A DNA stretch of 64,000 nucleotides from assembly GCA_964515005.1 (NCBI GenBank), contig CAZEVT010000004.1, positions 4,302 to 68,301 of the forward strand. The letters run 5' to 3'. How positions within the stretch are numbered: position 1 is the first letter of the stretch; every line of letters starts with the position of its first letter. The notes under the pieces were generated by a model. It ran no database searches. It was not told where the DNA came from and saw nothing but the letters and a program-made list of their open reading frames with translations. The DNA is from an uncultured Gammaproteobacteria bacterium (GTDB taxonomy: Bacteria; Patescibacteriota; Microgenomatia; UBA10105; UBA927). Positions 1 through 8,080 of the stretch are shown one piece after another. Position numbers and translations under genes: made by a program.

Positions 1-135
1 TTAAACGGCGGGTCAGACAGCTACCTCGATGTATCGCTTAACCAACTCAAGAGTGAACTTCCTCTTGCCATAAACGTCCACAAGTCAGCTGAAGAGGCGA
101 AAGTCTACACCGCCTGCGGTCCTCTTACCCCGTAA
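1..135 (+). CDS. possible 3' end of a + strand gene that starts upstream of the window (partial)
   Basis: frame 1 is open from position 1 to a TAA at 133-135 (44 sense codons, ...KSELPLAINVHKSAEEAKVYTACGPLTP*); no start within the window. Confidence 0.3.
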   Translation, partial: LNGGSDSYLDVSLNQLKSELPLAINVHKSAEEAKVYTACGPLTP

Positions 136-258
136 GGCGCTTGAAGTATTCAACCTGACGAAGTCTTTTTAATGCTTCCTCCCGCGTTTTGTAGGGCCCG
201 CCCATATTCCGCCGGGTTTTTTCGGAGAGCACGAAGTACCCTTTTTTTCTTTTAACTA

Positions 259-591
259 TCATTCTTTCGTATGTTTTTTGATTTCCCGAAGCAATTTTGC
301 TTTGGTTTTGTTTGCGCGGTCCAGGATTGCAAGTTCCAGGTTCACGACGGCGTGATCTTTGAGATATTGCATGAGCCCGGGGTCATGGGGCGCGGCGTGG
401 AACTTCGTGAGGAATTCTTCGTGTTTTTCACCCGGCAAATAGCTGAAGATGACGTCCAGGATTTCGTGCTGGATGGTCTGGTCAATGAGGATAAGAAGTT
501 TTTGCTTCTCGGCGGGTGTAAACTTATGCGCGTCCAGTACCGCAACCACTTCTTCAATGACAATGAGATGATCGTAAAATAGTTTAGACAT
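259..591 (-). CDS. hypothetical protein (110 aa)
   Basis: intact ORF lying 4 nt downstream of the co-directional 595..1509 ORF; no recognisable motif. Confidence 0.5.
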   Translation of the reverse strand: MSKLFYDHLIVIEEVVAVLDAHKFTPAEKQKLLILIDQTIQHEILDVIFSYLPGEKHEEFLTKFHAAPHDPGLMQYLKDHAVVNLELAILDRANKTKAKLLREIKKHTKE

Positions 592-594
592 ATG

Positions 595-1509
595 TTACGT
601 TGCCGCGAGCGGCCTCCCTACACGTACATTGTACTCCACAGGGCCCAAAGGAATCTCGCCGCTCGGGTCGTCGACAAAAAACAGGATAACCGCGCCTTTT
701 TGTTTCCCGACATTGTGGCCTAAGTATGCCATAACCTCGGGAGATCCTCCGTAATGCTTCCCCGTCCAGTCGGCGGGTCCTGCATCCGCTACATCCGCAA
801 CGAGTGTTTTGCCGTTTGCCGGATTGACGACCAGCACTTTCCGGTATTTGTACCAATCCCGCAGATACGGCAGCCGCTCCTGCCAGTCCGGAAGATACAA
901 CGTCTGCACGGCAACATACCATTTTTCTTTTTGGATGAGGTCCTCGGTGAGATCTCCCCTGGAATTGGCAAAGTAGCCCCAGGCGCCTTTCCCGGGCGTG
1001 ATCCCTGATCCCTGATATGCATCATGCGCTCCCACGGAGTCGCCGGGATACCGGGGGAGGTGCTGTTCGGCGCCCATATATCCGTAGCTGCGGTTTAGTC
1101 GTTCTCCTTGGAGCATGGCATTTGCGTCTATACCCCAAACACCTTTGATTTCGTTGGCGACAGCCTCTTCCTGCTGGTGGGTAAGTGGCTCCACGCCGTC
1201 AGGAAGCAGGGGCGTCAGCTGGTTACTTAATTCTTTCTGCAGGTCCGAAGGCGAAAGTTTGGCAATCGCGGTGTGGGGAGAGGAAGCTACCTGGTGGGCA
1301 AGCGGTTGGGCAAGGAGCATGGCGCCTGCCATAGCGGTCGTTGCGGCGACGCGTCCGGCGTGCTCGCGGATCCGCCCGGGGGTCAATCCGCGATCGGTAA
1401 AAAACTTGACCACATGCGGGTGGCGCTTGTGGAGTTTTTTCTCGGCTATTTGCGCCTGTTTCTGGAGGCCGAGGTACAGTTTACTCGTGTTGAGCGTGGC
1501 TTTGTACAT
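595..1509 (-). CDS. membrane-anchored secreted protein with a C-terminal RlpA-like (double-psi beta-barrel) signature
   Basis: N-terminal hydrophobic anchor (RVAATTAMAGAMLLAQPLA); C-terminal VVNPANGKTLVADVADAGP resembles the DPBB core of RlpA/3D-domain proteins. Confidence 0.5.
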   Translation of the reverse strand: MYKATLNTSKLYLGLQKQAQIAEKKLHKRHPHVVKFFTDRGLTPGRIREHAGRVAATTAMAGAMLLAQPLAHQVASSPHTAIAKLSPSDLQKELSNQLTPLLPDGVEPLTHQQEEAVANEIKGVWGIDANAMLQGERLNRSYGYMGAEQHLPRYPGDSVGAHDAYQGSGITPGKGAWGYFANSRGDLTEDLIQKEKWYVAVQTLYLPDWQERLPYLRDWYKYRKVLVVNPANGKTLVADVADAGPADWTGKHYGGSPEVMAYLGHNVGKQKGAVILFFVDDPSGEIPLGPVEYNVRVGRPLAAT

Positions 1510-1522
1510 TAGATATTAGTAT

Positions 1523-1590
1523 ACACGCACCTTACTCAGATTTGCAGCCCGACAGGGCGAAAAAGCTGATTAGATGCGTGGATATCCGGA
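1523..1590 (+). promoter_or_regulatory. conserved structured leader element, copy 1 (candidate cis-regulatory RNA)
   Basis: core UUACUCAGAUUUGCAGCCCGACAGGGCGAAAAAGCUGAUUAGAUG enclosed by the helix CACGCA/UGCGUG; two further copies with different closing helices; about 65 nt upstream of the 1658 start codon. Confidence 0.6.
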
Positions 1591-1657
1591 CTTACCTAAA
1601 TTTAGAGGGTGTACCGACTTGACAAGATCTGGTACATAGGGTTTACTTACATAAGAG

Positions 1658-2272
1658 ATGAAAAAAGCCGGTATAGCCATAGCTGTCTTGATATTTTTGT
1701 TTAGTGCCGCACCGGTGAATGCCGCATGGAGGTTTGGGGATTATTTTCCAAGAAGAACGCCTACCCCCAGAGTGTATCCCACGAGAGTCCAACCAACTTC
1801 AGCATCTGCAAGATCTACAGAGAAGGCAGCGAACCTGGCCGTGCGGACACAGGCAGTCGTCACCCGGATGCTCAATAGCTACCAAAATAGATTGGACAAT
1901 TACAAAGACTTCCTGGCCAAAGTGAAATTACGCCGCGATAAACTTGCGGCGGACGGCAAGGATGTTGCCCGGCTGGATGCGTTTATCCTGCGGGCGACGG
2001 ATAATGCGGCCAATGCGGAGTCAGTGCTCAACAGCGCCAAAACCGCGTTAGGTCTTTTGGATTATACTATGGACATGAAAGAGTTGCGACGCGCGATACA
2101 AACAGAACTTCGCAAGATCCGCCTGGCATTTACGCAGATGCACAAAAGCATGAGTGAAAACGTACGTGCAATTCGTGAATTGTCTTTGAGGTCAACTATT
2201 GCACCGACCAGAACACAACCGACGCGGGGTCCCTTTCCGACAAAACCAGGCAAAAGGGTAGGTCAACAATGA
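1658..2272 (+). CDS. secreted alpha-helical protein (signal peptide), hypothetical
   Basis: N-terminal signal-like segment (IAIAVLIFLFSAAPVNAA); helical, charged remainder; first gene downstream of element copy 1. Confidence 0.6.
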   Translation: MKKAGIAIAVLIFLFSAAPVNAAWRFGDYFPRRTPTPRVYPTRVQPTSASARSTEKAANLAVRTQAVVTRMLNSYQNRLDNYKDFLAKVKLRRDKLAADGKDVARLDAFILRATDNAANAESVLNSAKTALGLLDYTMDMKELRRAIQTELRKIRLAFTQMHKSMSENVRAIRELSLRSTIAPTRTQPTRGPFPTKPGKRVGQQ

Positions 2273-2499
2273 AACATAAACATTTTAGAACCGTTGTGAT
2301 CTTTGTGGTTGTAGCCATTGCCTTTCTGGTCTACATTGTCGGCGTGGTACGCCAAGGCGCCGGATCGACCCAGAGCCGCGCCTCACGCAGTGAAACTTTG
2401 ACCCCCGGGGATGATGCCCTATCACTTGAACAGGACCTCAACAAACTTCAACAGGACCCCGAGCCCGGTGTTGAGCAGGAGCTCAACGCTATCCAGTAA
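2269..2499 (+). CDS. small single-pass membrane protein, hypothetical
   Basis: 4-nt overlap with the upstream gene; one transmembrane helix (VVIFVVVAIAFLVYIVGVV). Confidence 0.5.
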   Translation: MKHKHFRTVVIFVVVAIAFLVYIVGVVRQGAGSTQSRASRSETLTPGDDALSLEQDLNKLQQDPEPGVEQELNAIQ

Positions 2500-2508
2500 C
2501 CCCATCTT

Positions 2509-2799
2509 ATGGACGGTACGCTACGCGTTTCCATCCGGGTACGGAAATACTTGTGGGATGAGTTTGTGCATGACGTGGCCTACTTCCTCTACGCCACCAT
2601 CATCATTTCCAACGCCCTCTCCAAGCGGTACCTCCACCGCTCATTGCAGCAACTTATCGACGGCATATGGGCGATTCCGAACTTCCTTGCCGGAGTTATA
2701 CTTCTGATCCTAGCCGGCGCAGCAGGAATGGTCGTGATGGCGTCCATGTTTGCCATTCCGGTAATTCTGTACCTCGCCTCCACCGGAAGGCTTCAGTGA
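2509..2799 (+). CDS. small membrane protein, hypothetical
   Basis: ORF carrying two hydrophobic helices; third gene of the putative 1658..2799 operon. Confidence 0.5.
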   Translation: MDGTLRVSIRVRKYLWDEFVHDVAYFLYATIIISNALSKRYLHRSLQQLIDGIWAIPNFLAGVILLILAGAAGMVVMASMFAIPVILYLASTGRLQ

Positions 2800-2839
2800 G
2801 GGGAAACATCGTATTTTGAGCGTGAGGGGAGTATACAGC

Positions 2840-2904
2840 CCATCTTACTCAGATTTGTAGTCCGACAGGACGAAAAAGCTGATTAGATGGATGGATACCC
2901 GGAC
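2840..2904 (+). promoter_or_regulatory. conserved structured leader element, copy 2
   Basis: same core as copy 1; closing helix CCAUCU/AGAUGG; inner hairpin GUCC-GACA-GGAC carries a compensatory double change relative to GCCC-GACA-GGGC. Confidence 0.6.
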
Positions 2905-2928
2905 TTTCCTTAATTTATAGGGTATAAT

Positions 2929-3297
2929 TTGAGCATTCCTCTGATGAAATCATATATACGATTTGCACATCGCCTGATGACGCTCATGGATACAAAATTT
3001 AACCTTTTTGGTATCCGGTTTGGGATAGATCCGCTTCTGGATATCTGGCCGGGTTTTGGAAGTTTGATCGGAGCGGGCATTTCCAGTTATCTCTTTTGGA
3101 TAGCCTACAAGCTGAATGTTCCCACGCGGCTCTACTTACGCATGGGTTGGCACATAGCGGTAGATTTTGTATTGGGCGCGATACCGTTTGTAGGATTTGC
3201 CTTTGACCTTTTCTACCGTGCAAATGCAAAAAACCTCGCACTTCTTACCCCATACGTAGATTCAGAAATACTTGAGGGAGTGGTGATGGAGAGATAA
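2929..3297 (+). CDS. DUF4112-like small membrane protein
   Basis: GIDPLLDIWPGFGSLIGAGIS motif typical of DUF4112. The ORF opens at a TTG at 2929, but ATG 2944 (MKSYIRF) is the more likely start. A TATAAT lies at 2923-2928. Confidence 0.6.
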   Translation: MSIPLMKSYIRFAHRLMTLMDTKFNLFGIRFGIDPLLDIWPGFGSLIGAGISSYLFWIAYKLNVPTRLYLRMGWHIAVDFVLGAIPFVGFAFDLFYRANAKNLALLTPYVDSEILEGVVMER

Positions 3298-3366
3298 TCG
3301 AAGTGTATGGAGTTTACACTGAGTTCTACCGAAGTGAGCGCGGGAAGAGTATAATTTGGCGTAGTT

Positions 3367-4050
3367 ATGATCAAAGTTTTGCCTAAAGGTGCCGGTCATA
3401 GAAAACGATTAAGAGATAGATTTCTACAATCGGGCTTAGATGGATTTCTAGATTATGAAGTGATCGAATTGCTTTTAACTTTGGGAACACCCAGACGGGA
3501 TTGTAAGCAGATGGCGAAAGATGTGGTTAAAAAATTTAATGGGTTACGCGGCGCTCTTGATGCCTCAATTGAAGAATTACAAAATATTAGTGGAATAGGT
3601 CCGTATAATGCATTTGGCCTAAAACTCTTTCAGGAAATGTCTGCGCGTCTGGCAAGGGAGCAAATACCAGAAAAGATTACGCTCGATTCTTCAAAAGCTG
3701 TTGCGAATTATTTACAAAAATCTATAGGTTCAAAAAAGAAAGAATATTTTATTATGTTATCTTTAGACGCACGAAATAACTTAATAAAGATTAGTAATAT
3801 TTCAGTTGGTTCGCTTAACGCAAGCATTGTGCACCCAAGGGAGATTTTTAAAGAGGCAATTCAATCTTCTGCTGCGCACATATTAATAGCGCACAATCAT
3901 CCATCGGGTGACCCTGAAGCTTCGCCGGAAGATGTTGCCTTAACGCGACGATTGGGGGAAGCCGCAAAGATTTTTGACATAGATTTACTTGATCATGTTA
4001 TAGTTACAAGAGACAATTTTTTTAGCTTAAAGGAGCAAAATTTAATTTAA
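3367..4050 (+). CDS. radC: RadC-like JAB-domain protein (UPF0758)
   Basis: HNHPSGDPEASPEDVALTRRL JAMM/JAB motif and overall RadC length; first gene of the AT-rich island. Confidence 0.85.
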   Translation: MIKVLPKGAGHRKRLRDRFLQSGLDGFLDYEVIELLLTLGTPRRDCKQMAKDVVKKFNGLRGALDASIEELQNISGIGPYNAFGLKLFQEMSARLAREQIPEKITLDSSKAVANYLQKSIGSKKKEYFIMLSLDARNNLIKISNISVGSLNASIVHPREIFKEAIQSSAAHILIAHNHPSGDPEASPEDVALTRRLGEAAKIFDIDLLDHVIVTRDNFFSLKEQNLI

Positions 4051-4054
4051 ATAA

Positions 4055-4402
4055 ATGTCTGGTATAAAAAAACTTACAGAAAAAATTAAGAAATTTCGAG
4101 ATGAGCGAGATTGGAAACAATTTCATAACCCGAAAGATATGTCCCTTTCGCTAGTTTTGGAGGCGGCAGAGGTAATGGAGCATTTCCAATGGATGAGTTC
4201 AGAAGAAATGATAGTTTATACAAAAAGTAATAAGCATGAAATTGGTGAAGAGTTGGCAGACGTATTATATTGGATTCTTCTCATAAGTCATGATTTAGAG
4301 ATTGATATTATAGATGCATTAGAAAAGAAGCTTATAATTCAAGAAAAAAAATATCCAATAGAAAAAGCTAAGGGGAAGCACACTAAATATAACAAGCTTT
4401 AA
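4055..4402 (+). CDS. MazG-like nucleotide pyrophosphohydrolase domain protein
   Basis: about 115 aa; LEAAEVMEHFQW and EELADVLYWIL helices characteristic of MazG/NTP-PPase all-alpha domains; 4 nt after radC. Confidence 0.7.
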   Translation: MSGIKKLTEKIKKFRDERDWKQFHNPKDMSLSLVLEAAEVMEHFQWMSSEEMIVYTKSNKHEIGEELADVLYWILLISHDLEIDIIDALEKKLIIQEKKYPIEKAKGKHTKYNKL

Positions 4403-4405
4403 ATT

Positions 4406-6265
4406 ATGATCCTTTACGATGCCTCTATAGAACATTTTAATGAAGACGTAATGCAAAATCGTATTGCAGATCGTGCAGCCGAAAAATATCACGCGTACTA
4501 TAAAAGACAACCGGGGGAGTCTGAATATCGTTCATGGGCAATGTCGTTGGCAATTTTAAACAATAGCTTCATCTATGCTGGACTTAAAGATAATCATATA
4601 GTAGTTGAATACGAGCTCCCATTCGCTTCACAAAGGATCGATGTGTTATTGTTTGGACATGATGTTGATGGAAAAGAAAATATAGTGATTATGGAGCTTA
4701 AACAGTGGTCAAATGACAATGTTAAGGATTCAATTTCAGAGGGAAATATAATCGTTAATTATGGAAAATTCAAAAAAGAACAACCCCATCCGGCTTTGCA
4801 GGTGCAGGGGTATTATTTCGGTTTGAAAGATTTTGTTCAAGTTTTTGATGAAACAAATGCTCCAGATTTGAGCGCGACTATCTATGCACATAATTATTCG
4901 AAATACAAAGATGCAACACTCTTTTCTCCTAAATATTCTGAATTAATAAAAACGTTCCCGATATTTACAAAAGAAGATGCTGTCGAACTCGGCAGGTATT
5001 TAAAAAAACGTCTCCAAAGTGGAAAGGGGCAGTTGGTTTATGAACACTTTGCAAGAAGTCCAATCGGCCCATCAAAAAAACTTCTTGATCACACGAGTGA
5101 AATGATTAATAAACAACAAATATTTAACTTAATTGATGATCAAATTGTAGCGTACAACGCCATCATGCACAAAGCAAAACAGTTAGCAAAAATAAAAAAG
5201 AAATCAGTAATAATCGTAAAAGGTGGTCCTGGCACAGGGAAGTCAGTCATCGCGCTCGAGGTTATGGGTGAGCTTTTAAGGCGGGGAAAAACGGTTATGC
5301 ACGCTACTGGTTCGTCCGCGTTTACAAACACACTTAGAAAAATTGTTGGCGTTCGCGCACGAACTCTCTTCAAGTTTTTTAATGGCTTTACAACAACCAA
5401 ACCAGATTCTCTTGATGTTCTTGTCTGTGATGAGGCACATCGTATTAGAGAGACTAGTGTGAACAGATACACTCCTAGAGATCAAAGAACAAATTTGCCT
5501 CAGATCGACGAATTATTAAGAATAGCAAAGCTAAATATTTTCTTTATCGATGAAAATCAAACAGTTCGCCCAAATGAAATCGGCAGTGTTGCAATCATTA
5601 AAGAAGCTGCCAGACGCTTTGAGATCGATGAGTCAGAAATAATTGAATTTGAATTAAAAACCCAGTTTCGTTGTTCTGGGTCGGATGCATATTTACAATG
5701 GATTGATAAAGTTTTAGATATTCAAGGTTCTGACATCGCACACTTTGATCCTAAAATGGAATTTCGTATTTTTGAGTCTCCGTCTGAAATGATGACGGAA
5801 ATTAGAGCTAGAAATCAAGAGAAGGGCAATTCTGCAAGAATAGTTGCTGGGTTTTGCTGGCCATGGAGTAATCCAAATAGTGACGGGTCCTTAGTAAGTG
5901 ATGTAAAGGTTGGTAATTTTGAAATGCCGTGGGAGAAAAAAAATGAGTTTTGGAAATGGGCAACTGACCCGAGTGGAATGGAACAAGTTGGAACAGTGTA
6001 TACGTCACAAGGTTTTGAGTTTGACTATATAGGCGTCATATTCGGTAACGATTTAGTGTATGACTTGAAAAAACAAAAATGGATTGTAAAACCAGAAAAT
6101 TCACACGACACAATGGTTACAAGAAACAATGAAGACCTAGATAGACATTTAAAAAATGTATACCGGGTACTTATGTCCAGAGCTCACAAAGGGGTTTATG
6201 TATATTTTGTGGATAAGGCAACTGAAGAGTACTTTAAAGCTAATCTTAAAGAAGAACAAAAATGA
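4406..6265 (+). CDS. DUF2075-family ATPase/helicase-like protein with an N-terminal PD-(D/E)xK-like nuclease domain (Schlafen-like architecture)
   Basis: N-terminal QRIDVLLFG...IVIMELKQW (D...ExK); Walker A GGPGTGKS; Walker B/DEAH-like LVCDEAHR; C-terminal TVYTSQGFEFDYIGVIFG typical of DUF2075/UvrD-like C-termini. Confidence 0.8.
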   Translation: MILYDASIEHFNEDVMQNRIADRAAEKYHAYYKRQPGESEYRSWAMSLAILNNSFIYAGLKDNHIVVEYELPFASQRIDVLLFGHDVDGKENIVIMELKQWSNDNVKDSISEGNIIVNYGKFKKEQPHPALQVQGYYFGLKDFVQVFDETNAPDLSATIYAHNYSKYKDATLFSPKYSELIKTFPIFTKEDAVELGRYLKKRLQSGKGQLVYEHFARSPIGPSKKLLDHTSEMINKQQIFNLIDDQIVAYNAIMHKAKQLAKIKKKSVIIVKGGPGTGKSVIALEVMGELLRRGKTVMHATGSSAFTNTLRKIVGVRARTLFKFFNGFTTTKPDSLDVLVCDEAHRIRETSVNRYTPRDQRTNLPQIDELLRIAKLNIFFIDENQTVRPNEIGSVAIIKEAARRFEIDESEIIEFELKTQFRCSGSDAYLQWIDKVLDIQGSDIAHFDPKMEFRIFESPSEMMTEIRARNQEKGNSARIVAGFCWPWSNPNSDGSLVSDVKVGNFEMPWEKKNEFWKWATDPSGMEQVGTVYTSQGFEFDYIGVIFGNDLVYDLKKQKWIVKPENSHDTMVTRNNEDLDRHLKNVYRVLMSRAHKGVYVYFVDKATEEYFKANLKEEQK

Positions 6266-6963
6266 GACAAATACAAGATGACGTCCTTTCGTATAGGGAA
6301 ATGTGCGATGCGGAAAAGGTTCAAACGCTTCAGAGAGGAATGAATTTTCGCCTCAATTCGTCATATTCAGTTATTTTAATGTCCCAGAGATCAAATGCAC
6401 CTTATGCAGATAGGATACATTCTGATGGAGTAACCATTGAATATGAGGGACATGATGTATCGCGCCAGTCATACACCCACAATCCAAAGCTTGAAGATCA
6501 ATCGCATCAGCTACCCTCAGGCAAGCTCACGCAAAATGGTTTGTTTATTGATTCAATTAATAAATACAAAGAAAATAAATCGACACCCGAGCGCGTAAAG
6601 GCGTACGAAAAAATTATGAATGGTGTCTGGTCATTGAAGGGCTATTTTGATCTCATTGACTACAAAATAGTGAATGACGGCAAGCGCAACGTATTTCGAT
6701 TTATTTTACGACTCTCGGATAAACAATCCCCTGATACGAATATTCAGAACATGCAGCTTAGTCATACACGTCTTATTCCATCTGAGGTAAAAAAAGAAGT
6801 GTGGAAGAGAGATGAAGGTAAATGTGTCAAATGCGGATCTCGAGAAAATTTACATTTCGATCACGATTTGCCCTTTTCACGAGGTGGAACAAGTCTAACA
6901 GCGAAGAACGTACGACTATTATGTTTGAAACACAATTTAGAAAAATCAGCGAAAATTCAGTAG
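6262..6963 (+). CDS. HNH endonuclease with an uncharacterised ~170-aa N-terminal domain
   Basis: C-terminal CVKCGS...LHFDHDLPFSRGG...LLCLKHN HNH motif; ATGA overlap with the upstream ATPase gene. Confidence 0.8.
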   Translation: MRQIQDDVLSYREMCDAEKVQTLQRGMNFRLNSSYSVILMSQRSNAPYADRIHSDGVTIEYEGHDVSRQSYTHNPKLEDQSHQLPSGKLTQNGLFIDSINKYKENKSTPERVKAYEKIMNGVWSLKGYFDLIDYKIVNDGKRNVFRFILRLSDKQSPDTNIQNMQLSHTRLIPSEVKKEVWKRDEGKCVKCGSRENLHFDHDLPFSRGGTSLTAKNVRLLCLKHNLEKSAKIQ

Positions 6964-7204
6964 CATTTTCTTAAACGAATTTTACCCGACACCGGTGGGG
7001 AGGGTTGAGGTGGAGGGAATGGTAAGACATAGATGCCATCGGTACGCTCAGCACAACTGAATACTTAATAATCTTCAATGCTAGAACTCCAAGGTAAAAA
7101 ATTTATCTATCACATGATTGAGTATCTTTGATACTTTTTGATATAAAAAAGCTATATTGTTTTTTGGCAGTCTTTAGATCATACTGCTTAAGTAGCTCAA
7201 TTTT

Positions 7205-7495
7205 ATGCTTGATTATGATGATATGACTACCAAAGAATTAAAAGAAAAAGAAACAGTAAGAACAAATGATCTGCTTTTAGAACTCAACAATAGAGTAGGA
7301 GTAATGATTTCTCTGCTTTTACGGATGGTGCAACAAGACAAATCATCAATAAGCCTAAAAGATCAAATTCAAATTCTTAACAATCTAGGTTTACGCCCTC
7401 GTGACATTGCCGCTATCCTTGGTAAGACCCCTACTCACATCAGTAAAGAACTTGTTGGCATAAGAAAAACAAAAACAACAGCAACCGAGGAGTAA
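7205..7495 (+). CDS. small sigma70-region-4-like HTH protein, paralog 1 of a tandem array
   Basis: ILNNLGLRPRDIAAILGKTPTHISKELVGIRK resembles the sigma70_r4/LuxR-type HTH; start may instead be Met-7. Confidence 0.55.
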   Translation: MLDYDDMTTKELKEKETVRTNDLLLELNNRVGVMISLLLRMVQQDKSSISLKDQIQILNNLGLRPRDIAAILGKTPTHISKELVGIRKTKTTATEE

Positions 7496-7501
7496 TCGAC
7501 T

Positions 7502-7717
7502 ATGAGCGACCTGCAATTACTTGAACAAATATCTAACAAGCTGAGTGCATTAATTGCGCTTTCTCTACCAAGTGACGTAATAAAAATGTCTACAGCAGAC
7601 GGAGAGCGATTACTCAGACGATTCGACCTAAACAATCAAGCTATAGCAGACATTTTGGGAACTACAAAGAGAACAATTGAAGTGATGAAGAGTAGAGATC
7701 AAAAAAATAATAAATAA
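7502..7717 (+). CDS. small sigma70-region-4-like HTH protein, paralog 2
   Basis: ERLLRRFDLNNQAIADILGTTKRTIEVMKSR; 7 nt after paralog 1. Confidence 0.55.
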   Translation: MSDLQLLEQISNKLSALIALSLPSDVIKMSTADGERLLRRFDLNNQAIADILGTTKRTIEVMKSRDQKNNK

Positions 7718-7719
7718 AC

Positions 7720-7908
7720 ATGGAAGACACAAAGGAAATCGAAAAAACGCTTAATAATCTCAAAAAATCAATTGATACTTTGATTTTGCTTGAGCTTTGT
7801 AAACTCGGTGCCGGCGCAAAAGAAATTCGAAATATTTTAGGGGGTTTGGACAATAATCAATTTTCCGCTATAAATGCAGCTATCAAAGGAGGCAAACAAC
7901 ATGGATGA
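7720..7908 (+). CDS. small HTH-like protein, paralog 3
   Basis: LCKLGAGAKEIRNILG; 3 nt after paralog 2; same N-terminal amphipathic helix pattern. Confidence 0.5.
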   Translation: MEDTKEIEKTLNNLKKSIDTLILLELCKLGAGAKEIRNILGGLDNNQFSAINAAIKGGKQHG

Positions 7909-8080
7909 AAAAATTATCGGCATCCTAGAGGATATAAAAAAATTAGTAATTCTTGGTTTAATTACACGCGGTGTTCAGGGAAAAGACATAGCCCAGGTAA
8001 TCGGGGTAGATAAAAGCACGATCACGAGAATAGCCCCAGCACGAAAAATAAAAGTGAATAAAATAGATGAGCAGATATAA
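7901..8080 (+). CDS. small HTH-like protein, paralog 4
   Basis: LGLITRGVQGKDIAQVIGVDKSTITRIA. The ORF track opens at 7874, but ATG 7901 gives an 8-nt overlap with paralog 3 and is preferred. Confidence 0.5.
   Translation: MDEKIIGILEDIKKLVILGLITRGVQGKDIAQVIGVDKSTITRIAPARKIKVNKIDEQI

Noticed and set aside
195-226. GC-rich segment followed by a T-run (ggcccgcccatattccgccgggtttttt) as a possible terminator
   Set aside because: The two GC blocks are not complementary on either strand, so no stable hairpin forms.
7000-7204. AT-rich 240-nt spacer with short inverted repeats (AGTATC-TTT-GATACT) as a possible mobile-element end
   Set aside because: Only 6-bp arms and no matching partner at the other island border; more likely promoter or operator sequence for the HTH array.
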